DNA of 64,000 bases. Source: Ylistrum balloti (Eukaryota). The position numbers were made by a program, and so were the translations under genes. The number at the start of each line of letters is the position of its first letter. Positions within the stretch are counted from its first letter, which is position 1. Positions 36,074-48,000 of this stretch are shown piece after piece. The notes under the pieces were generated by a model that saw only the letters and a list, made by a program, of their open reading frames with translations, ran no database searches and had not been told where the DNA came from. The stretch spans positions 186,001 to 250,000 of the forward strand of contig NW_026782555.1 in NCBI RefSeq assembly GCF_031769215.1. The letters run 5' to 3'.

Positions 36074-39000
36074 ATGAAGTCATCACTTGTGTGTATACGG
36101 AGGCTGGAGAGGCTGTCAGTCACAGGTAAAGCGATACATCTTTATTGACTAGTAGGGTCGTGTACCAAATTCATACCGTACAAAAGACCATTTTTTGTAC
36201 TTTCACTTTATATACACAATACTTTACTTCTTTAAATATCATATCTTTTCTCGTCCTCTTCAACAGTTTCTTCGGACAAGTGAAACCTGTCACACCAAGT
36301 TCCCCTCTTCTTGTGTTCACCCTCGCACACTACATCGGCGTGGGTTCTCTTACACAAGCGAAGCCTTTCAGTCTGTTTTAGTCTCTTTTAGTATAACGTA
36401 ATTACGTCTTGAGTGGTCTAAGGCATCCAACGGATGGAGAAGCATGCCTCTGCTGGGTATCGAACCCATGACCCACAGCCTTACTGGTCCGTCACTTCAC
36501 CGATCAAACTAAATTATCCGTAGTTTATGTCAGATAGTAACCCGTGTATGTACAATTAAATCCTGTCATATCTTGACAATGTAAATTCTAATCAAGTAAT
36601 TCCTCTTGCTAAACATTAGTATCCACAATTGTTAGGGCATAATATATCAACCATTCTTAACTAATAGTTATGTAACACATCTTTTTAAAAGAAAAAAAAT
36701 TCACAATCTCATCCCTGATATACTCATGAATTCTGATGCTTTCCCAAAGATGGCGGCCATCTCTCTGGCTGAGGCAGAGAATTGGCATTGACAAAATTTA
36801 TTATGAGAACATGTTTAAATATTTCATCAAAATGTGACGTCAAAATTACGATAATGATAATCATTGTGACATTTCTGATTTACTTTTTCCATTTTATGTG
36901 AATTTGTCGGTAATGTCAGAATGACGATAAAGTTCATGGTCTATCCTAATTACTTGGTAGATACCATTTTTGATGTCCAGTAGTATGACATACCTGCCAA
37001 CTTTACTGATTCAGTCAGGAGTTTCCCTGATTTTCACTCCCCAGCCCCCCTTTGTATGGATCAAAATCGGTCAGAACAGTGCACAGTACACAGTACCTCG
37101 TCAGTTGAAACTGTTAGGTCTATACATAGTACCTTGTTGGTCGGAACAGTGTAGATCTATACACAGTACCTCGTCAGTTGAAACTGTTAGGTTTATACAT
37201 AGTACCTCGTTGGTCAGAACAGTGTAGATCTATACATGGTACCTCGTCAGTTGAAACTTTTAAGTCTATACATAGTACCTCGTTGGTCGGAACAGTGTAG
37301 ATCTATACACAGTACCTCGTCAGTTGAAACTGTTAAGTCTATACATAGTACCTTGTTGGTCGGAACAGTGTAGATCTATACACAGTACTTCGTAAGTTGA
37401 AACTGTTAAGTCTATACATAGTACCTTGTTGGTCGGAACAGTGTAGATCTATACACAGTACCTCGTCAGTTGAAACTGTTAGGTTTATACATAGTACCTT
37501 GTTGGTCGGAACAGTGTAGATCTATACACAGTACTTCGTAAGTTGAAACTGTTAAGTCTATACATAGTACCTTGTTGGTCGGAACAGTGTAGATCTATAC
37601 ACAGTACTTCGTAAGTTGAAACTGTTAAGTCTATACATAGTACCTTGTTGGTCGGAACAGTGTAGATCTATACATGGTACCTCATCAGTTGAAACCATTT
37701 GTTGAACAATGTCTATATGCTGTAACTTGCCAGTCGGAACATAGTTAGGTCTGTACACTCTACCATGTTGGTTGGAACATTGGTAGGGTAGGTCTGTGCA
37801 CTGTGCATTGTTGGGGCTGGAAATTAGCTGTAGCCTGATAGCTCGGTAGCCCAGGTTAGTGTAAATTACCATGGGCTAATTGATACTCATTTCTACCAGT
37901 CTGATTGGCCTAGTAATATTAGAACTCACCATTAAAGCTTTCAATGTTTCTAAAAAATCATAATGGCCTCTGTGTTCATAAAAAAGGAGATCGACCATGT
38001 ACCGACGAATTCCATTTTTCTGTTTGAATCAATTAGGCCTAAAGGGGTTTCAGTATTTGTACACTGGTTCTCTGCGCCAGGGGGCACTAAAACATGCCCC
38101 ACTATCATGCGCAGAAAACCAGCATAATGTATTGTAATCTAGGTCATTAAAAGGTTTAATTCATGGTCAGTAATGCGTTTGTACATAATAATAATAATAA
38201 TACTAATATACTGGACACAGACTTATTAAGCCTATATAGACAGATCAGTTTAAAGAATTAGTATCCAGAATATGGATCAGTGTGTTATTGTCTAGTTCAT
38301 GATTATAAACACATTCAGTTTCCCTCCAATGATTATCAAATCAGGATACGAAAGTTTTGATTAGTGGTGACGTTACAACGACATTAGGAAGTGAATTCCA
38401 GTGGTTTACCACCCGTTCACAGAAAGTTCATTTCCTCAGATTTAGTCTGCTCCTTCTTTTTAATAGTGGAAAACTGTGTTAACTCTTGTTATCTTGTTAT
38501 TGTTTTGTATCAGGAAATCCTCCACGACAGCCCTATTATATCCTCCATGTGTTAGTTTGTATACCTGATTGTTTATTGTTGATTAGTTTGTATAACCAAG
38601 ATCAAGACTTGACAATGTGGTGGTATAAAAATGGTGTAAGTCCCACATCTAAAAAAACCGACAAAATAAAAATGAAAAAAAGGAAAAATTGAAAGAATAT
38701 GAAAAGGAAAAAGGAGTAGAAAATTCCTCCCTTCTTGGAAAAATAGACAGGATTGGCTTATATTAAATGAAGACGAATCAGCGATGCTTCTCAAGTGTTA
38801 TGTCCAGTTTGCGTCAACGGAGACCGAACGTAAATCTATCTATGTTGTAGAATGTACAAATTTCAAAACAGAGTCAATTTTGGCACATGAAGGGAGTGGA
38901 CAGCATAAGGAGGCGTTTGGTTGCTGGCAAGCAAAGCATGCTAGTCCAGGAAAGTCTGTGGCCTCAAAGGTATTAGAAACTAATACTAACACTGCTGTAC

Positions 39001-42000
39001 TGAACAGACTTAAAACTTTATTCAGAAACGTACACACAGTCATTAAAAATCGACGTCCGTTCATCGACGACTTGTGATTATGCGACTAGAAGAAGTGAAA
39101 GGTGCTGATGTGGATAATACGTACAGAGACGACAAACAGGTTGTAAACTATGCAGAAAATGAACGCGGGAAGTAGGTCCAGTTTGCCCATGAATCTTAAT
39201 TTTTTTCTGTAATATGCGATGGTTGTACAGACACATTCAGGAAGAATATTAGAGTCTGCAAAATGGATGTAATCAAATTTGATTTTCTAGCTATTTGATT
39301 TCCAGAGAGAGCTGAAGCAGATGGTAGTATGAAGGTTATTACACACATATTAGATAGCTTGGGTATAACTGGTTGGCAGAAGAAAATTGTTGGATTTGGA
39401 AGTGATGGTACAAATGCGATGATGGATAGGAAGAGAGAAGTAGCAGCTAAACTCCAGGAAATACAACCTACCTTACAGGGCATACATTGATTTGTTCATT
39501 ACCATGAACTTGCTTACAAGAACGCCATTAAAAATATTCTCATATACACAAAGATGAATACATTGCTACTTGGACTCACAACAGTCCATTAAATCTTATA
39601 AGAGCATATGAGGCCCTTGCTATTAAACCATTTATTAAGCCAAGCAGAGTTACGGGAACTAGATGGTTACCTCATACAGAAAGGACACTTGAAGCTTTCT
39701 GGACAGGCTGTACTGTAATCAGAACACATTTAGACCAGGTGAGTTATTAAACTGTTCTAGAGTAAATCTTTTATTTCTTTATATTACACTAAAAAAAAAT
39801 AACATGAAATTATTAAATTGATTTTAAACATCTCAGTACAATTTATTATATCCAAAATTGACAATCTTTTGATTGAAGAGTCAAATTTTAAGCAAGACTT
39901 ACAGTTACAGGCCAATTTATTGATTTCTTTCCCCATTATTTCTCGGTGAAACATCAAAAGGATGCCTCTGTAGATACACAAGGAAAGGATAAAAGGTATC
40001 TTAGCACAATGATTCAGTAATAGTGAAGTTTATGCTATTTACGAGTAACACTGCTTGGAAAACAGTCTTTATTTTTCAAGACTCTAATTCTGCAGTAGCA
40101 GACATCAACCATAACCTGGATGCTACAGGTGTTATTTTGAAGAAATACCTGACCAAGTAATTTTTGTTTTAAATTTTAATTACAATGCCATTATGGAATT
40201 GATATATTTAAATTAATAATAAAATCATGTCTTTTACCAGTCTACATCAAGATTTCTCACAGAATAGGTATTTTAAAATAACTATGTAGCAGTAATTTTT
40301 TAATTTAATTCCAGAATTTCCAATGAGCATTATTAAGAAATAAAATGACAGTTTAATTAACTCTGCATAAAGATTGCCAAGATGGACCTCATCTCAGGCA
40401 GTTGGAAAGCGTAGCTACCATGACTGGAATGGATTTCTGTACAGCTGCCACTGAGAGCAGCAGAGACACAATCACATCAGTCCTGATCACCTGTTTGCAA
40501 AATCATTTCTCAGTGGATGGAATAGTATGAATAATAGCTTCATGCAAGATTACAAAAATCAAAATCTGGCCTAATAAAGCAAACAGTTCAGGTTAGTTTC
40601 TGACATTTCCTTTTAAAAAATAATGAACGGCTTTAATTTCAAATCATCAGGTTAAATTGAATTCTTTATCTATGTTGATGAGACAGAGAATATTTATTAA
40701 TAAATCAAAAATAATTAATACACATTAATTATGATAAATAAATAATATCTTTCATATTTTGGTGATGATGAGATTTCTTTGTTGGTCGACCACTACAGAC
40801 CTGTGTTGATAGAAGCAGGTGTTAATGTCAATGCAATAGAAATGGAATGGGACTTAATGAGAAGTACTGTTTACAAGAGGTTGTTAATGCTTAAATTTCA
40901 GTAAATCACTCCAAAAATAACTGATTTTGTTCTTAGTCTATCAAATAAAGAAAATTTTATTTCATTAACTCTGAATCATGATATTAAAATATTTCTTTCT
41001 ATATGTATTTTGAAAGTATCTTTTTAATAATCTATTTCAGCTGCAAAGATCTATCCTCTTTAGACGGGCAGATAATCAACAGGCAGTAAAAAGACTGCAC
41101 TAATATCCAGGCCTTGATTGACTTAATGCTTACCTTACCAGCTCATTCAGCTGATGCTGAAACAGGCTTTTCAGAAATGTAATTAGTCAAAGGTGATTAG
41201 AAGTCAAGACTGAGACCACATGTTCTGTCCGATTTGCTCTTTGTCATGTTCCATACAAACATTATTAAAGAGTATGACCCTACTGATGCTGTTCATTTTT
41301 GGAACACAACAGCTTAGAGAGTAAGGAGACCTCCTCAAGACCCACATGGAGCCAGACAAGTTGAGGAAAATCATGATGCATTGGATGTTTGGACAGAAAT
41401 GGATCTAGATTATCTGGACAAACTTCCTTGACATTCAGATCATGTTGTGTACTTAGTATCTCTATGAGTGTAGCATCTAGTCAGTGTTGAATTAAACTCT
41501 TAATAATACTTATTCGTATTGGTGTTTCTTTTAATACTTTTTTAAAAATGTATGAAAATTCTGGGCTAGTAACATTTGCCCAGGGCTAATAAATTTCAGG
41601 ATGTACAAGCCCATCTGTCTTCCTGGAAAAACAACTTAAATTCTACCTCTGGTTGTTTATAAAAAAAATCTTAGGTCTGTATGCTGTACATTGTCAGTTG
41701 GAGCTGTTAGGCCCATTTTTCTGTGTGCCATGTATATATTTATTTCAACACTGTCCTATTCTGGGTGACATATATCTCAACACTGGCCTATTTTTCAGCT
41801 TGATATATATCCAAACACTTACCTTTGGTGTATGTGTTTATAAATAGTAAGTGTAACATTCTGTCTGTCATTCTTTCTGTGAACTGTATCAAAATATAAG
41901 TATAATATATACAATGTACTAGTTATTTATACAGGAATATTAGATAAGATATTATAGAGCTATAAATGTAATCAGCTTCATAAGTCATCAGAATAGAGCT

Positions 42001-45000
42001 TGTGTTTTGTACAGGTTCTTGTCTGGTATGTCAGTACACTCCTGCACTGTTATTTTATTTGTGAATGACTGCATTGACAGATGATGCAAGAACCTGTGCA
42101 CTGGGTTGAATATTAGGGTGTATTGTATTTACTCAGCCATGACAGCTACCTTAGTGGTACACCATCTTATTAGACAGTGGAATTAGAGTGTGACATATCA
42201 TAAAGACATGCTCTACATACAGATAAAGATAGGTCACAGTGAAGTCTGCATTGAACAAGACATCAGGCAACTGACGTTAGCCAGATAGCACGTTACACAG
42301 GTAAATTCCTGACTCATTCAGAGGTAAATATGGCCGCTGTGGCACTATAAATCATTATCATTGTTTATCCTATACTAGAACAGTGAATTCAGGTGTTTTC
42401 CTTCAACATGTAACCTGTCTGATAATAACATCTACAGAATAGTCATGGCATTCCAGCAGGAAAACTTTGAATTTCACAATCTATTTGTTGGAACCATTAC
42501 TAGGAACCACAGATTATCTACTAAATATAGGTACAGTTGTAACGGTATCACTTGATTTAAATAACATGTACCTTGCATTCATTAATAATGTGATTATTTT
42601 GATGTTGTTTCAGGGTTTGTGCTGAGTATCTTAAAAATGGGGTCATTTTTAGATTAAATTTGGTTTTACCCTATAGTTTGAATAAACTTCCTGCAAATAA
42701 GCAAGGTCCTATTCAATTTCTACACTTCTACAATGAGGGCTTTCAGTTAAAACTTGTGGTTTGAAATTCATTCATTAATAAGTTGATTTTACTAGTGAAA
42801 TATATTTGCAACTTTTTTATGACAGCTTTTTCTATGGTTTACAAATGTGTCACCAATGGCCTCTCTATAGGGATGGATAGTATTGGACAGTGTGTAGACT
42901 GGTGCTATTTAGGTTTTTTTTGTCTCTTGTTTTATCTATCTTATATAATCTATATTGACTAGAGCAAGCACTTAACAATATTGTTATGTAGGTAGAAATT
43001 AACAGTGGTGAAGAAACCGAACAAAGACCAACAAACTGAAAATGTGATCTGCCTTAAACAGCTGAGTTGTTGGAATTTTTGTAGCAGAATGGACTTGGGT
43101 CTTAATTTAATTCTAATGTTTGTGAAAAATGATGTACAAACTATGTGAGTGAAGCCAGGAAACAGTCAGTTCAAATAATACACTAAATAGACAGTGCTGA
43201 CAAAATTAATTTTCAAATTTTCAAGGCAATATGTCCCTTTATTGCGCCAACACAAAAAACTTTTAAAAAATACTCTAAACATTAAAACAATGGTTACATA
43301 AAAAATATACTAAAAATCACATTATATGAGTCCCATAGGCCTAATGCAGCCAAACACTAGGGAGATTTACATCTACAAATGTATATATAAATGTGCACCT
43401 TACATTGATCAATTTGTACTTGTTGTTAGGCAGACTTGCCTATATCATATCAATTTTTGTGTGTAAGTTTCTGTAATTACTATATATATCAGTTTACATA
43501 CATTTTATTTTAGTACTCAGGTGAACAACATCAATTGATCTTTTCATCTGCAACAAAATATTTTATTGGAATGTAATTTAAGATTTTTTTTTCTTTTTAT
43601 TAAGCCCACCTCACCAGAAAGACCTTACAGACATCTGTGACTACAAAGAACATGCACAGACTGTATGAAGGAGTAAACGATGAGGTCCCTGCGACTAAAG
43701 GCATTGTAACAGGTGATGTCAGTAGGGTTTTTGACGACCTTTTATCAGTACATATTAAGTGATTGTGGTGGGCTGGACGGTTCCTAAACTTGAGAAGCTA
43801 TTTAAATGAAACTCTACAGGATTGTTTGCCACTATATGTAGATGTGCATGCAGGATTTTTTCAGCAGAAATTTGGGTTGCCATGGTAACCAGGTCACTGT
43901 ATAGAGGTTTTTATTTAAAAAGTTTGTCGAGATAAGTCCTAAACCTGTGAACCAATTTCAGTTAAACTATACAGGAATATTAGGAACCATGTGTAGATGT
44001 ATATTAAGTTTATTTTTCTAGCAGAAATTAGGGTTGCCATAGTAACCAGGTTACTATAAAAACATGTGAACAGGTATGTAATGGCCGTAACTCATCAATC
44101 CTTTCATCAATTGTAACTGGGTCAGGCGATGTAACTTATCAATGCCTGTAACTTGACACATTTGGTGTTTCCAGAACCATTGCTATGGAAACATCTTGGA
44201 GACTTCTGATGAGTTGAAAATTAAGATATTAAGATATTATTATTAAGTTAAAAATTGGTTATATCAAGGTTAAGGGGGATGAAAAATTCAGATACAATTT
44301 TTGAAAAAAAAGCAAGAAGTGTTGCCATGGTGAGCAAATGAAGACCTTGGAGGGTTATAAGGACAACCCCTGAGAAACAGTTGTTGATCAGAGAGTGAGT
44401 AGGTATCGTTCAGCCATCCTGGGGATAGTTCTAGTTTACATTCATATAACTTCACCATTGTTGTTAAATTAATATAGTAAGCTTATATAATTTATACTTA
44501 GGTTTCATGACTACATCTTAGTTTGAACAATATTTATTCAATAATCAGTAATTTGACATATACAGATAATTTTATGGATGACTACATTTTGCATGAGAAC
44601 ATGGCATCTTTCAGTGTATTTTATGTTACCAGGTACCATCCCCTCCTGGGTTAATGGTGCTCTCTACAGAAATGGTCCAGCCATATTCCAGATTGGTCCA
44701 GACAAGTTCAAGCATCTTTTTGATGGTATGGGAGCCATACAGAAGTTTGAGGTCAAAGATGGAGCTGCTGTGTTTTCAAGGAAGTTTATCAACAGTAACT
44801 CCTACCAGAAAAACATGTCTGTCAATAGAATAGTCGTTTCAGAATTCGGGACTTATGCTGCGTATCCTGATCCATGTAAAACAATTTTCGAAAGGTACAA
44901 AAAAAATAAGCATACCTATCAATGTGTCTTAACTGGAATCATGAATTGAATGATATAGAAGTAATCAGTATATGTAAAAGGTGGTCATCGATCTAGGTGA

Positions 45001-48000
45001 AAGGTCACATTTAACAACTGCAATAAAAATGTCTTGATTGAGATATTTCCTGAAACTCTAAACATAATGAGTTCATATTCACATCTCAGTATCATAGAGC
45101 AAAGACATTAATTTGCTTATGAACTTTTTTCTAGTTTCAATGAAAGTGATTGCTAATAATAATGTATCAACAGTGATATATATCGATGGAATTAGAATTT
45201 TATTTATTTATAATTGGCTGAAGGCCCAAGTGAGCTCTAGGGATATTGCGGTGTCTGTGTCTGTCAACTTTTAATATTTTTTCCAATAATTCACGAAAGG
45301 CTGAGTGGATTTCAATCGAATTTGGTCTGAAGCGTCCTTGGGGAAAGGGGAACCAATTTTGTGTATTTGGTAGGTCTGGGTCTCTTGTTTATAAACTTCA
45401 CAAATATATGATATACTTTTGAATTGTATTGTAGATTCTTCTCCTATTTCAAACTAGGAAAGCCAACTGACAATACTAACATTACTATCTGGCCATTTAA
45501 AGACAGGCTTTTTACCAGCACAGAGACTACTCACCTCCATGAGATAGACCCAGACAATCTGGACACAATCAGTAAGGTAAGGTAACCGCCAACAGATAGT
45601 AAGGGGAGGTAATCACAAATAGATAGTAAGGAGAGGTTACCACAAATAGATAGTAAGTAGAGGTTACCACAAACAGATAGTAAGGGGAGGTAATCACAAA
45701 TAGATAGTAAGGAGAGGTTACCACAAATAGATAGTAAGTAGAGGTAACCGCCAACAGATAGTAAGGGGAGGTAATCACAAATAGATAGTAAGTTGAGGTT
45801 ACCACAAACAGATAGTAAGGAGAGGTAATCACAAATAGATAGTAAGGGGAGGTAATCACAAATATATTGTAAGGGGAGGTAACCACAAACAGATAGCAAG
45901 GGGAGATAACCACAAATAGATTGTAAGGGAAGGTAACCACAAACAGATAGCAAGGGGAGGTAACCACAAACAGAAAGTAGGGGGAGGTAATCACAGAGAG
46001 ATTGTAAGGTAGCAGTAAACAGTTAATTTGCATTTTTCCTGAAATTATTTGTCATGTTTGAGATATACAGGTGTAGCAGATTGGTTATGAAAAATACATC
46101 ATTACATGTAGATATATTTATAAACTGCATAACAATTACATTAACAGTAGAGAGATGAAATTTGTGTAAAAAAAAATTTCCTCTGATTTCTGACATTTGA
46201 TTGTCATGGTTACCTACTGAAAAAATGCTAAAAATGCAGAAATACTGCTAATTCCAACCCAACACTACAACTTTCTAGGAGAAATTTAATTCTAAACACC
46301 TATCTTACAATCAACAACACTATCATGGTAACAAAGTACTTACATTTCAGCAAATTCCAACTCGGAAATTCTTCATAACATGACCACATGTAAACAATAT
46401 GAAAATTTCACTTCCTGTAAAGCTAGTTTTTGGTGCGTAGACACAGATTCGAGACTGCCTAAATAGTAATCTCCAACAAAAAGCTAAAATATTATCCTGA
46501 AAAAAATGAAACCCCACATTGTCCACTTTAACATGACAGGACCAATTTTAGCATTTTCACCCATGGCCACACCGAGAAACTGTGTACTGCTACCTAAGGG
46601 AAGGTAACCACAAACAGATAGCAAGGAGAGGTAACCACAAACAGAAAGTAAGGGGAGGTAATCACAAATAGATTGTAAGGGAAGGTAACCACAAACAGAT
46701 AGCAAGGGGAGGTAACCACAAAGATATTACAAGGATGTAAGCACACACACATAGTAAATGGAGTTATATTTATATATATTATTTACATGTATATGTATGT
46801 TTTACATTGTGATTTTCTGTTGGCTTGACCCTGAGTCTTGCATATCATTTATAAAAAAGGAGAGTAGAGTAAACAGGCGTGAAACTTCAGAAGATCATAC
46901 AGTAATTCTTGTGCAGGTATAATTGTGATATTTGTATTTTGCAGGTTGATTTGAAGGATAATATGACTATTAGTTCTGCTATAGCACACGTCCACTGGGA
47001 TCGAGATGGAACCATACACAATATTGGTCACCTCTATGAAGGTCATCCTTCCTATTGCCTCTTTAGAATACCAGCAGGCTCAGGTGAGAACATACACAAT
47101 ATTGGTCACCTCTTAGGTCACAAGCAGAATGACAAGAATTACATGTAATTGTATGTCTTTTGTTTCCTGACTTCTCTTTATCATCAGGAAAGTATATGAC
47201 ACCATCAGTTATCAAAGTCTAGTTAATGTTAAACAATGTTGGTGAAATTCAGGATCTAAGATATGTATTGGCAGGATCACACATAGAAACAAGTAAATTC
47301 AAAAATTCAAAAATTAAAAAAAAGCTAAACACAAAACTAAACAGAAAATTTTAACTAAGTCCAATTAATGATAAACTTTAGGTTTGTGTGCAGGGATGAT
47401 CATACATATACATATATATATATATATACACCAGGTTTTGCTAGGACAGCTTAAACACTTTGAGAGAAATTGAGATCAACATAAAACTGATCTGAAAATT
47501 TCAACATGACCCAATTAGTTAACAAAGTCCAAATAACAGCAAACTCATTCTGAATGTGAAATGAGAGTTTGAATGGTTATGTGTAGATAGAAGTATATTT
47601 CATGTTTTGTTGTACCTGTAATAGCTTCTGTGGAGCTTAAAACACAAGCATTTTACATGGCAAAATTAATTAACAAAGTCTGATTAATTATCAGCTAAAA
47701 AAGCTAAAATCTTTGTTGAAAACATTCACCAAGATGTTCATGCTAGTATATAACATTTAAGCAGGTTTGAGAATGTTAGCAGGTGTATAGCACTTGTATT
47801 CAATTGAATTTTGGTTTTTAAACAAATTTTGATGTTGTTACCACGGCAGAGAAGTAATGCCTTTGCCTCACCTTGCGACTCCCGAAGATAAAAATTATGT
47901 GTGACGTATCAATGACTACACTATAACCTTCATCAAATGACCAGTGTGAAGAGTATTTACACGCAGGTATACTGTGTACACTGTGTATGATTGTGATACA

